Below are positions 10,394 through 24,415 of a stretch of DNA of 64,000 bases, piece after piece. Location: positions 37,014,001 to 37,078,000 of the forward strand of contig NC_045732.1 of NCBI RefSeq assembly GCF_009834535.1. The letters are read 5' to 3'. Made by a program: the position numbers and the translations under genes. The number at the start of each line of letters is the position of its first letter. Position 1 is the stretch's first letter. The notes under the pieces are model-generated. The model had not been told where the DNA came from, did not search any database, and was given only the letters and a program-made list of their open reading frames with translations. Source of the DNA: Camelus ferus. Lineage: Eukaryota.

Positions 10394-13300
10394 ACAAAAT
10401 CAACAGGATCAGACACCAAGACTGCTAAAAACACCCATTCCATAGGCTTTTCATCTCACAAACAAGGCCCTAGAGCCTGGTTGTGTGTTTGGATAATAGG
10501 CAGTGTCCTATGATTTGTTGCCTATTAAGGAAACCACTTACAGCTTTTAAAGAAACCACTAAAAAAATCTCTTTCTTTATCAGAGAAGACCAATTTATAA
10601 GTGTGGTTCAATTTCATCTCACAAATAGAAATTCCTTCAGAGAATATTGAGCTAAGCCACCCAATTCTGTGGAGGTTATGGATTGGAGCCGGAGGTGACT
10701 AGTTTTCAGGTATTTCATTCCAGACCTCTCTAAGGGCTTACAGATCTCATTATGTCCCCTTCATCCCACACATGCCCATCTATACACACGTGGACACACA
10801 GACGGAGTGATTACAGGCCATCTGTGCTCTTGCGCAGAGGAGAGAAAACAGTTCTCTTTGATTATTCACATTTTCCATCATAACTGAAAATGAATGCCTT
10901 TTATAAAACCTATTTCTTGACTTCAGAGAACTATACAAGGCATGAGACCAGGAATGGAATGGGGTCGTGCATGATGTTTCCCTTGGCCAACAGTAGACTT
11001 GGGGTTTTATTTCTAGTTTGTTATTTTCAGTAATTTAGTAATTTCAAACTTTACTAATTTTGATAAAAGAAACAGAGGCAGCCACAGATTTTCAACAGTT
11101 TCGGGTTTCCAACCCTTTGACTGTAGGTCTGCACAAAGCTAATTCTCATCCCACGCTTCAATTTTCAGCTGAGGGGAAAGTTCCATGATTTTTGAATATT
11201 GACCACCTAAGGTATCTTAGAAACCAGTTATCAATAGTAATTTATATCACATAGGAACATGTGGCAACAGTGAGGAAGGTTGCAAGTATATTTTTATTCA
11301 TAAATTATTATTATTGTTAATAATGAAGAAAATTTAGAAATGATTTGGGCATTTTTTCCAAATCAATAGGATCAGATTCAAGGGTTTTGTGAAAATAGAG
11401 TGGCTCTTCCTTGCATGCATTGCAATATGGCTTTCCAAGATGGAAAGAAAGGGATGAAATTAAAGTTAGGTCACTGAGAATTCAGATGGCTTCTGTGTGG
11501 CCTGTGGGAAATCTTGTGTTTATAAACTGCCTGAGTGTTGTGGAAGACAAAGACATGAAGAATTACTGATTTTTAGTTCATTTTCTTACTTTTTCAGATG
11601 ACTAAGGCCAAAGATGGAAAATGATCTTCCCAAGGTCATAGGGTGAACTAGGACTTGAATTTGAATATTTAAACCCACTGAACTTTTCATTCCACTGCTT
11701 TGACTATTTTGATCCTTCCAAATTGATCAAGTCGGCCAATCTACCCCTGTACAATATCCTTCTTTTTTTTTAAAGATATAACCAAAATATCTCAGTAAAG
11801 AAGAAAAAAACACCAAGAAAGTATGCCTTTTGTATCAGTTTGCAATGTTAAAGAAACCAAAATCTCAGCCATTAGGTGCATTAGCCCTCTCTTATGCCTC
11901 CAGAAGCTAAAGTCTTTATCTCAAATTCTCCATGGGGATCAAAATATCATTTAACACTGAATTTTTTCCTATTCTGGAAAAGTCAGTTTCTGATGAGCCA
12001 CATTTTAGTCGAATTAAGCACTTTGTCTTCCAACAGAATACAATTATAGAAGGGAACATATCCAGGTCCCCCCACCTCCTTACTCCAAACAATTTACTAC
12101 AGTTGGAAAATGCAGATTCCAGCAATGAAAGGTTTCATTCTGCCATACAGAATACTCTTCCATTTTCTAGCTAGAAAGATATTTGGGTAAAGCTAACAGA
12201 AGGATCTACTATTACCTTGGCCTGACTTCTTAGCATTCAGTGATTTGGGGTTGAGAAATCCCGGAAATTTGGGGTTTCCAGGGATAAAATTAATGTAATG
12301 AACGAGTCTTGCCGTTTTCAAAAGCTCTAGCTTCAACTAGACTGCAATGACAGTTTTGACGGAAAATCTGTTCGTGGTTCCCATTGTTTTCTCCAATATT
12401 GTATCCTTCCTGTTATGTGTTGGCTGAAGAATGATAATGTGGTTTAGATCTGGTTTACCAAGGAGACACACTTGAGTACAAGGAGACCAAGCATTTTATG
12501 GGAACACTAAAACAGTGATTCTGGCCTTGGTTCAGGTGCTCGTGAACTAGAATAAGTGGCTTCCAACTGAAGCATGGGGTCTCTTTGAGAACTGAAGAGC
12601 CATTGATGCCAGCAGTTTGATCTGGCTAACTTGAGTGTGGGTTTATCCCCCAAAAGCAGGAAATGCTTGATACAGACCACAAAAAATGGGGGGACCTGTG
12701 GTGGAGGCATTTCAGCCAACATGGTACAACTGTGGAGCTTGTCTACTTTCCTCTAATTTTTAAGTAGCTTAGGGAACAAGGTGTGGCAGCTCCATTTTGG
12801 AGCCAAGGGGAGGTCTGTGAGGACATAGTAAACAGGATAGGAATTTAAACTGGAACCATTGTGTTTGCTTTCCTTCCAGTGATAAATTTTCCTGGTTAGC
12901 TCTTGATATCTATGAAAAACAGCTCTTTTCCCAAAGCCAACATTTCCTGCCCCACCTCCTGGACAGAACTGAGAATGGTGGTGACTACTATAATGATTTT
13001 TCAGTGGTGTAAACAGCATGACCCTCTTCACCAGTTGAGGTACAATTAAAAAAAATGTTTCCAGTTAACCACTCGAGCACTCACAGGCTGGTACGACAGA
13101 GGTACAGACCTACCTCTCCACCCTTTTTGTCCCCAAGAACCCTGGGGACTTATTCTGTCCAAAAGGGGTTCATGGAGAGAGGTAACCAAAATTTTGGTAT
13201 AGTTCATTATTAATGTACTTCGGATTTGGCCCTCATGGTGCTATGGGCACAAACTTATCTCACCAGGTCCTCTTCCCAGTTTTCCAGATTTCTGTACTTG

Positions 13301-13664
13301 ACTCAGACTGCTTTCCTTAGGATCCAAGGTTATATTGCTTTTGTTTCACATCCATATATCCAACCATTGTTCCCAGTAGTGCAAATACCGTACTGGAGCG
13401 GTTGAGCCCTAGGGGATGTAAGCTTTAGCAACGTACTAGGCTACAGTCAGTTCTCCTCTATGACTCTTAGGCCTTGCGTTCAGCCTGGGCCATGGCCCAT
13501 ACTTGTTCTTGCCTTAACATTAATTCTGTTTGGGGGGCTCTTGGTATCTTTTTTTGTCATCAGACTTGAGTCAGGACATTGAAAATCCATCATGGCAAAT
13601 CTCTCCAAATTTATTCCCAGAAATTGGCTGAATTTCTTATACAAATTGATTTATTTCTGCCTCA

Positions 13665-14040
13665 TTCATTTACCCATTTACTTAAAAAATATTTTTTGAA
13701 TGCCTACTGTATCCCAGGCATTGCAATAAACACTGGGATATATTAATGAATGAAAACAGGTAGGATCCCTGACATCGTGGATCATATAATCTAATGGGGA
13801 GATGAAAAGTAAGCAATAAACAGACACATAAATATATATTAAAAATTGTGACAAGTGTTATGTTAAAAGTGAAAGCAAAGTGGAGACTATTTAGTACAGT
13901 CAGGGAAGGAATCTCACAGGAGGTGATATTTAAGCCCCCAGCCTAAGGATGAGAAAGAGCCAGCCTTGAGAGCTGAGGGGAGAGTGTTCTGGACAGAGGG
14001 AGTGATATCTGAAAAGAGTCCTAAGAGGGGAAAGCATCTC
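13665..14040 (-). mobile_element. L2 3' fragment, directly abutting the Tigger element
   Basis: cattcatttacccattt...ttgaatgcctactgtatcccaggcattg...gtcagggaaggaatctcacaggaggtgatattt. Confidence 0.8.
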
Positions 14041-14045
14041 AAGGA

Positions 14046-15115
14046 CAGGCAGTCTTTCCTTTGCATGGTCCTAATATGAAGGAATTTCAGTTATCACAGT
14101 TTAGCTAAATAATATCAGTCTTCCAAGTACACAGGTCAATTTTCAGTTGCCATGGTAAATTAATTGTCAGTAGCTGCATAAAGTAAAAACTTCACTGCTA
14201 GCTCTTCAGTCTGCAAATCACTATGTAAATCACAGGTGTGCATCATGATCAGTGACCAATCACATCACTTCTTTCAAAGTCTGTTGGTGATTGCCCACTG
14301 TGCAGCTGTTACTCAGTTCACATATAGAAAGCAAAGAGTATGATTGTTCTGCCTTCTTTTCTCCCATTGATAAGTCCATGGAACATTTTATAAAAATGGA
14401 TAATCAAAAGAGGGAATTGTCTGACAGAGATGAAAGTGCAGTAGAGAAATAAAAAATGGTAACACTGGCAGTTCACTCTGAATCAGATGCAAATGTATTT
14501 CTAGAAGAAATAGCTGACTGTGGGACTGTTGACCCTACTACTGTTCGAGGAGTTCTATCTCTGCAGCCAGAGGAACTTAGTGAAGATAAACTTATTTACG
14601 TAAATGAAGACAGAGGTTGTGACAAAAAGTATAAAGATGTTCCAGAGGAAGTGACACCAGCAAAACATTTCACATAAAAGGAATTCTCAGAGAGATTTCA
14701 CAATACTGGGAGTGTAAAGGATAAAATGTTGGAAGTTGACCCACTTAGAAAGGAGTATGACAGTTCACCACAGCACAGAAAAGATCCTTGCTCTGTATCA
14801 TAAGTTAGACAATAAGAAGACACATACACTCTTCAAACTACTCCTGATAGATTTCACAAAGAAATAAAACACTAATTCTCAATGTTTCTAATGTTTTAAA
14901 TTACAGTGTATCAAGTATATATCAATTTTACTATTTTTTTCACTTCCTTAATCATTTATAACTGACAATAAGAGAGTTTTTAATGTTTTGACCAAAAAAT
15001 TTAAGTCACGAAACAATTGTGATTTTCTCCATTGATTGCTAAGGTTGCTTTGAACCGTTTCGGATTTAATTGTTCTTTACAGTCCCTCATTGCTGTGCAA
15101 AGCCAGAACTGTCTG
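14046..15115 (+). mobile_element. Non-autonomous Tigger-family (TcMar) DNA transposon, ~1.07 kb
   Basis: Degenerate TIRs (caggcagtctttcctttgcatgg / tgtgcaaagccagaactgtctg-TA). The ORF 14456-14677 (EEIADCGTVD...LQPEELSE...DVPEEVTPAK) is a transposase C-terminal remnant. Subfamily not certain. Confidence 0.85.
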
Positions 15116-17638
15116 TATTTTTTTTTTTAAAAAAGCTTACCTGCTAACATTTACTGATTTATTGGTGGTGTCATCCCACAGCAACAGGGGTGAGGGCAAC
15201 ATTATCAGCTGCTGCCATGAGGAGACTAGAGTCACAAAGAGGGACTTGCAGATCACTTGTGGTCTAAGGAAAAGAATTTGAAATAAGGTTTCCGTCACTA
15301 TATAAATTTGAAAATGAAAGGTCTGGATAAGAAGGGAGGATTCAAGCAGGATGTTTGTGTCTTCTTCCTATCTTTAAACTCAGATCTGTCAATGGAGAAA
15401 TAAAAAGAGCATCTCAACATGACCCCAACAACAGATCATTAACTGTGACCCAAACCCTAACCCTACCTCCAACTTAGAAACTTGTTTGAAAGGACAAATT
15501 TGAGAAAGCCCCAAAGACCTTTTACTTCTCCCCATCTGCCTTCTGTTTGGTAATAAGAGCTGGAAGTTGGAGCTTTTTTGAAGTAGCTAAAGGGGCTGTT
15601 GGTCCTTCTCTTTCATCATTATTTTTCTATTTCTTTTCGTGGAAAAGAGGGAGAAAAATTCAGTTCCCTGTAAAATTTTCATTTCCTTTCCATTTCCAAT
15701 TTTTTCTCTGATATTTAACAACACCACAATTCTGAAGTCTATAGTATTCTCTTAAGTGAAAGCTGTAGGCCGTGAGTATTTAGAGGGGAGTAGATACAAC
15801 CAAACCCTGCAGGGGCGGAAAGTGGGGGCAGGTACTAAATCCCTTAAGTGCCACAGTTTGGAGACTCAGATTTTGCGGGCTCCAAAATAACCAGGAGACT
15901 GAGTTTGAGCTCCATGTAATAAAAAAGACCTGAAAATTAGCTTGTGGGTTGTTTTCTCTGTTGTCGATGGATGTGAATTCAACAATTATAGTGATGTTTT
16001 GCAAATTCCTTGAATCCTAGGGACTGGGGTTTTCTAGGAAAGCTTTTTTTCTTCCCCTTTAAAAATAATATTGGAGGAAGTCTTAAGCCATGAAATATTA
16101 ATGTGTTGTTGTACGACATGGAGTCAAGAGAGTTTATCTTCTGTGATTTAATGTTGCTTGGACCTTATTCCAGAAGAAAAAATATTCTCAAAGCTGCCCT
16201 AAATGTGAATTGGCAAAGATTAAGCTGCTACGCCTCCATTCTGGGCCAGACATGTTAAACCTGTTTACAGATCCCCAGAAGAAGAAACCAGCTGACCCTG
16301 AAAAATGTATGAATATCAGACAAAGATTTTACTTTGCAAATATCAGTACTTGTACATTCTAAGTGTTGCTTAATATTATTGCTAATTAATATTATCAGAA
16401 CCAAACATAAAACCAAAATATATATGTAAAAACAAATGTCCTGCCTAATTGCCATGTCTCTAAAGTTATCAAATGACTGACTACCACTATCCAGATCTTG
16501 GACAGTTTTGTCGGCTTTTTACTAGGGTTCCAGTAAAAGGAAGAAAGTGAATATCTAGACTAGAAACTTCTTTAGCCAGCAAAATTTTTCTGTGTATTTA
16601 TAAATTTATTTTTAAAATATTTGGATCTTCTTAGTCTAAACTTCAGAATATTAATTTATTTTTCTTTATGCTTTGTTATGTGCATAATCTATTAGAATAG
16701 TGACACATATATTAAAAGTAAGTAAACATACATTATGGATCCATTTCAAGTTTTTTTTAATGTTAGGGATCTGTAATAAAAAAAATGGAGGACAACAGCT
16801 TTAGAGAAATTTCCATTTGGAGAGTATATGAATCACATATTTTTGAAAGTTGAAGACAATGGTACTTCTTTGAAATAGGATTGTTGACCAAAGTTTTGAT
16901 CCACATAGAAGCTCAAAACACTAATTTCTATTGGAGTTGAATATGTAATTAAAATCTTATATTAAATAAATCAATCGACCTTTAGCCAACTAACCCTCAA
17001 ACCCTCTATTTTTATGGAAGCTCCTTTCCTTAATAACTAGAATCTCTGAAGGGCTTAATGTTAAAGAAGGTCTACTGGAAAAAATCTATTCACCTACTGA
17101 GCACTAAATGAACCAATAAACTCTGTCAGAAAGTTGGATACTTAGTGAAATACTCATTTGTCTAAGTTATTTGACAACATGCAGTGGGAACAACAAATTG
17201 AGTGAATTTGTGATTTGCCTACCTATCATCTTGTCATTACTGCAAAAAGACATAAATTCCACTAGAGAATTTATTCTTCATCTCAAGTAGCACACACTTT
17301 TTTCTTAAGTTGAAATTCAAACATGATCATTTTGTGACAGTTGTTTTGTTCCTAGTAAAATTAATTGATTATTCCCATTTTCTCATGGTATATGATACTA
17401 ATTATCATTAAATAGAGATAACTGGGAATACTGAAAGAATAAATGCTGTCCATTTTATATACTGATTACCCCAAATGGCAATTACTATCATCACAATGTA
17501 ACAGAATGTTAAAATGGGACTCTATCTTAGTTTCTGCCCAGGCCCGGTAGGTGCTGACTCTTCCCTCGTTCCAAAGTGAGATGCTAGACCACTGCACCAG
17601 GACTTGCAAAGGAGATATGCAAGAATTAGTTTTGCAAC

Positions 17639-18133
17639 TGTTGACTGAAATAAATGCACAGCCTAAAAGTTGAGAGTTATGTTTTATTTGGCAGACATTT
17701 CTGAGGACACGAACCCCTTTGAGTCCAGGATGACAGCCTCTCAGACCGCTCTGAGGGACTGCTCCGAAGAGGCAGGGGAGGAGCTAGGATATATAGGAGC
17801 TTTACAACAAAGACCAGGTAGTTGGAACATTAAAAGATTACTTGTTAACTAAAGAAAACCAGGCATCTCAAGTTGAAGCATTTAGTGCTTTTCTATGTAT
17901 GGGAGGAAGCAAACATGTGGGCTCATTGAATTCATCCCTTTGACAAGCACCTAGCTATCTAGGGCCAGTATCCTGGCCTTTCTTATTCTGAGTCCTCTCA
18001 GAGTGCACCACTGTGAGTGGCTGCAGAGGCCAGGCTGCAGGCTTGTCTTCACTGGGGGATGGCAGCTACCGGTGACTTGATGGCTTCAGCGTCCTTTGTT
18101 TACTGATATGGTTTGCAGTATTTTTCGTTCACA
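17639..18133 (-). mobile_element. Solo ERV1-class LTR (probably lineage-specific), antisense in intron 1
   Basis: TG...CA termini; perfect 4-bp TSD caac (17635-17638 / 18134-18137); TATATA at 17790-17795 and - strand AATAAA at 17683-17688. Confidence 0.85.
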
Positions 18134-19546
18134 CAACTCATTGGTGACTACCTCCAGCTTCTCAAATGGATTGCAGAAACCAAGAGATGAGTTGTAGATT
18201 TGAAGAGGATTTGTGGATGATGTGCCCACATGGAGAAGTATTCTTCCCTCACCTCAAGCCAGGGAAAGTGGCTCCAATGACACCAACATCTACAAGAGGA
18301 GAGCTTGGGGACACAGTAGAGTGATGTCAGGCCTATACCTGGAAAATCTGAAGTAAGAGGGACTGGGTGGCTAGTTGTTTTGACGGTAGACAGAACAAAT
18401 GTCTGTACTGGGATGGATCTGACTCTTGTCAGAGAAGAGAACATGCAGGGCTTCCCATGACCAATATAGATGGAGAAAGATACTTAGTGTGGCATGGTCT
18501 CACATCATGACCAAGAGACTCTGAAGCACTCAGCTGGGGAGATCTCGGCAGAAAAATTTGGATGTGTTTCCTTGGATGGCAAAGGAAATGTAATTGTCCA
18601 CTATCAAGTACTGCTGTGAGACATTCCCAGTGATGAGAGAGTTCTCCAAAGGACCCGCAAAAGCATCTCAGAAGAGAATCAGCCTCAAGCACCTACACCA
18701 ATGCTAGATTGCTAGAACAGAGCCAGACTTTGCCTGGCCCTCAGCTCCTCACCTTCCCTTGGCTTTACTTGGAGGAACTGAAGGCAGAGAAACAGAGGAG
18801 ACAGCTTATGGTCCCTCTTCCCTCTGTGGAGGAGGCCAGTTTGAATTAGGCATGGGCTGGAAGGAAAAGGGTGTTAACTTGCAGTACCTTTCTTAAAAGT
18901 TTTTTTTAAAAAATTATGCATTCTTTCACTGAGACTCTTTGAGGGAATAAAGGAAGCAGAGGACCTTTTTTACCTTGAAAGTTACTGGAAAAGCAACAGG
19001 GTCCATTGTGTCTGACCAGGGACAAGAAAAGAACAAATCTCCAAGAACAGATTTGAAGGGCAGTAGGGGAAAAAGAATGAAATTATTTTCTATTGTATGT
19101 ACATTACAAATTCTGTTTGTACCATGTAATGATTTCAATAATAAAAGCTAAAATTTACCAAATACTTATTATATGCCAGATGTTGTCTGATTTCCATGTA
19201 GTAAATCATCTCACCCTTAGAATAACCCTGTAAGATTATTATATTCATTTTCTAGGTGAAAAATTTAGGTGCAGAGAGAGGTTAGGTAACTTGCCTGAAG
19301 TTGCACAACTACTAAGTACAAAGCCACTCGTGGTTATTTCCAGCAGAGAAGAATTCAACCTCTTTCTTCAAATTTCTTTTTTCTTTCAACATTCAAATAC
19401 TGGATATCCAAAATGTAAACCACATACCAATTTCAAGGCATGAGCACTTTGCAGAGATATATGAGGCTACACGCGAATTGCTATGGTTTGTTTCAAGAAT
19501 TAAACAATGAATTACCATAGGACATGATTTTTTTTCTTAAATATAA

Positions 19547-19813
<267 letters not shown>

Positions 19814-21136
19814 TAAAATTCATAAACAGTAGCTAAGTAATGAAACCACACAGTCAAGGTAACTGATTATCACTGAGTGTACAGGCATATGAAAAGCATA
19901 AAAATCAGTTATTCAATGACAAGTCATTGCATTTCTTTCATGTGGAATGCTGAAATTCATTATTAACTTAATCAAAACCTAAGGAATCATTTCTCTGGAA
20001 AGATTTTATAAGTATACCTTCTTTCTTTTCTCTGTGTGTTTTTTATTGAGTTAAAAATAAGGATGATATATTTTTTTCCCCAGCAACAAATTTTAACTGT
20101 GGATGAATATCAGATATATCATATAAGGATAATTTCAAAAAATTCAGGATGATGTGACAGTGTTAAAAAATTTAGATTAGCAAAGAAACAATTAAATGGT
20201 AACAAAGTAGGCTAAGAGAGGGGATACAGTGGTTAGCTGTAAGCATTATTCTGCATGTTGAGCAATTTACGTTTGAAACACGCTTAATTAATGCCGCAGC
20301 TTCATTTAGACTGCTTAATTGTGAAAGCATTTTCATATTCCAAGCTTGTTCAAAAGCATTTGAAAGAGCTGATTTCAGGTTGAGAAAGTTTTACACAACC
20401 TTGACTTTCTAATTTAGTTAACTAGCTCTCCAAGTTTCTAAGAACGAACTGAAAACAGGAGTGACTCCAACTACTAGGGGTTGACGTTCCTATAGAAGAC
20501 CTGAAATGAGGAGAAGAGGTCCCCCAAGACCCCAGGTGTTTGTTCTTCACACTTTGTGGTGAGGAAGGTTAGCTGGCAGGAATCTACTTGTTCTAGAACT
20601 CATCCTACTGGCAAGTCCATCTACAGAAGAGGAAAGAGGAAGAGTCCAACCCCACACCCAAACTCTCCAGATGGTTTCCAAATGACTTTCAGAACCAAAG
20701 CGTCTGCACTCTCACGAGGATGCATGATGAAGGTATAGCTGAAACTCTGGGGCTTCATCCTTAGGAGTCTGAGTGCCCCATGTGGTGACCAAGTAGCACG
20801 TTCCGAGCTGAGGAAACATTTCCTAACAAAGCATCTTCAAGGTCACTGAACACTAGTAGAGGTTCCCACGAATTTAAGTAAGAAGATGCTTCCGGTATGC
20901 AATGTTAATATCCTTTGGGACAAATGTTCAGGTTGAACCCAGAGCAACTAATCCTACTTTCTCATTATACATCGATAAGCTGTGGGAGTTCCTGTTCCCT
21001 TCCCCCATTTGTATAGAACATGAAAAAAAAAAACACTTTAAATTCACCTTTTAAATAACATTTGAAGGCTTACTTGGGAGCAGTGTTAATGATTTGACAT
21101 TTTCTGATAATGTAAAGAATAAGCTTTGAAACATAA

Positions 21137-21502
<366 letters not shown>

Positions 21503-24069
21503 TAAAAGTCCCAAACAGTTCTTCGTGTTCACTACAAGATGTCAGTGGGCTTAAATTCTCAGACCTCCAAGTCATGTGAGCAAGAAATATGCATGTTTCT
21601 AATATGTAAAGAGATTTTTCTTGTTTGTACCAACTTTGCTGGATGGTGGAAACAATCTCTGCAATGTTAGGTAATCCTCATTCGTTTCAGTGTTTGCTTT
21701 GTCAATTTAGAGTCTCTTTCCCCTCTCCCCACCGTCGTGGTTAAGTCCTGGAGAGTATCTTAATGTCAAGGCATCTCAGGCTATGGGGATCTGGTCATTA
21801 GTAATCAGGATACCATCATCAAATGTCTATACTGAAATCTGCTGGGACTTCTGTATCTCTTTTGGACCTTGACTGGCTCCCATTCACTGTGGAGTCTGCT
21901 TCACTCTGATCACAAGACCTGAGATACCTCCTGGTTTGGTTCTGTCAACTTCTTGGCAGCTCTGCATGCTGCAGTTGGCACAGAGGTACTGCAAGGCTCT
22001 CTCTACTCTATCGCTCCTTCCTCTTGCTGGGTGCCAGGGAGTTCTATAACATTTGCTCTCTCCTCGAATTCTGTCTTAAAAGAAGACACAGATATTCTCA
22101 GCTCTGGAGTCCCCCAAACTCATCTGAAATTTCCATCATGCTCCATGCTCCCCACACTTCAGTACTTGGCCTGGGGGACAGACAGCAGGATACAGTGTCA
22201 AAGATACATCAGTTTCTATTTCTGTTCCTTCTTCTCTCTCGCTCTTCTTCCCCTTCCAGTTCCCAGTATTGGAGGCCAGGTGATAAAGCAGGAGGAAAAA
22301 CTGGTTCTGACTACTCATGTATTCTTTCAAGTCTCTTGTTTGATCCTGAAATCCTAGGCTGTTGAAATGCAATTTTTTCTCAAACTATTATCTCTGTAAT
22401 GAGTTTCAAAAGGTCTGTTACACATCACCTCCTCTTTCTCTCGGCAATTTTGCTCCATCAGACCTTTGTTGAATCAATAATATGACTGCCCAAATGGGCA
22501 AATGGATAGGATCGAGGAGGAGGTACCATGAACAAAAACACATTGGTTGATTCTTTGTATATCTTATCCTACTTACAAGCATCAGAGCTTTCTAGGGCTC
22601 AGAAGCAAACAACTACTTCATGCAATTATTGCCTTGTAACTATCAGTAATGCGGTACCTCAAATACATAACACAATGTAGTTCAGAGGGATTAAGTGTCT
22701 TGCTAAATTCATGCAATTAATACAAATAGCACCAGGATTCAGATCTCAAGTTTAGTGTTCTTACTAATGCACTCCCCTTGCCCCTTGAGAGAAGGAAGGA
22801 GGAAGAAAGAAAACATATAAGGTGTCACCTAATCTTTAAAGTCCTAGGAAGAAAACCGATGAGAACATTTTGCTCTTTAAAGCTGGGTGCTTTGAAAGGT
22901 CACACTGACACCTGACGTTTAGTAAAGGAAAAATGAATACTGTATAAACCAGCCAGTAATTTCCAGATTCTGCTCCTTTTGGCACTGGTTATCATTTTTA
23001 AATCATTATTACTTTAGAGAGGTGTTCTTTTTTGAAGTCATCAAAAGGATTGATTAATACGTAGAAATTGCTCAATTTTAAGTTTTTTTCAAATTATTTT
23101 TTCTTAGTTGTTGGTATTGTCTACCACTTTTCTTTGTTTGAATGTTATTTTTTATTTCAAATATCCCTGTTATCAGCTTTACCATTCACATATAATGTGG
23201 TAGTTAAGCTACTAATAAAACCAAGAGTAAAGATTTAATAAGCTTTTGGGTGCAGACCCTGTACCAAGTGCTCTACATTAATTACATAGATTATCTCACT
23301 TAATCCTCATGCCAATCTCCCCCTCTATGAGGGTGAGACCACTGAGGAAAATAGGCTGAAATAGGTTCAGCAGGTGGCTCACAGACATATAGCTAGCTAA
23401 TAAATGGCAGACCCAGGATTGGAAGCCATTGTTAAATGTATTTTTAAAGTATCTAATTTAATTCGCACATGGACATGTTTTATTCCAGTAATATTGTTTC
23501 TACAGGTGGCATTAAGCATTTTGTTAAATGACGGTTTTCCATAAAGACATGCTCTGAAATCTGCACAAAATTACAAACGACAACAACAAATACACGAGAA
23601 AAAGGAACATATGACCATAAAAGTTATGGTTCACAGAGTATTCATCATTATCCTCAATAAATACCCATGGGTCTAATTGCATGTGGCATCCTGCCAAACT
23701 CAACAGTAGGAGAATCAGTCAGAGTAAGCAGCCAATTTAAATGCTTACAGAAATGGTAAAGCTCAACCCAAAACAGGGCAGAACATTTTCATTGTGTACA
23801 TGTGCATCTTAATAGTTGTCCATTGGCACAATTTTTCATCAAAACCTGTTACCTTGGTATTTAGAATGAAACTAGGATGTGATTAAAACTGTCTATCACT
23901 ACCCCTGATTTGTGCCAGCCTCTGGGATGGGGTGTTCCTCAAAGGACAGTCCTTGAGGATTTCATCCCAAGCCTGAGTTGCAAAGATACAGCAGCATGTC
24001 TACTTATCTCAGGGGACAAAATAAAATTCTCCATCCAAATAAAGCCATATTGATTGCTCTTGTAGTATT

Positions 24070-24415
24070 TTTATTTAAGTGTAAGGCACCTACTGAAAAG
24101 TGCACAAATCATTAAGTATACAGTTCAATGAATTATTCCAGTGAATACATGCTTGTAACTAATACTAAATAGAGAAACAGGATATTAACAGCACCCAGAA
24201 GCCCTCCCTTGTACCTCTTTCCAGTCGCTACTACCCCCACCCAAGGGTAACCATTATCCTGGCTTCTAACCTCATAGATTCTTTTTGCCTGTTTTCGAAC
24301 TTTATAGAAATGGAATCATTCAGCATATGCTCTTTTGTGTCTGGCTTCTTTCGCTCAGCATTATGTTTGTGAGCTGTATCGATGTCACTGTGTGTAGTTG
24401 TAGCTCATTCATTCC
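24070..24415 (-). mobile_element. Ancient L1 (L1MC/L1ME-type) 3' end
   Basis: aaaagtgcacaaatcattaagtatacagttcaatgaatt...aaatggaatcattcagcatatgctcttttgtgtctggcttctttcgctcagcattatg. Confidence 0.8.

Noticed and set aside
14456-14677. 73-aa acidic ORF as a domesticated transposase
   Set aside because: Internal remnant of a non-autonomous Tigger element; it lacks the DDE and HTH domains and stops early.
15452-15466. Interstitial telomeric repeat (ccctaaccct)
   Set aside because: Fewer than two full units; expected by chance.
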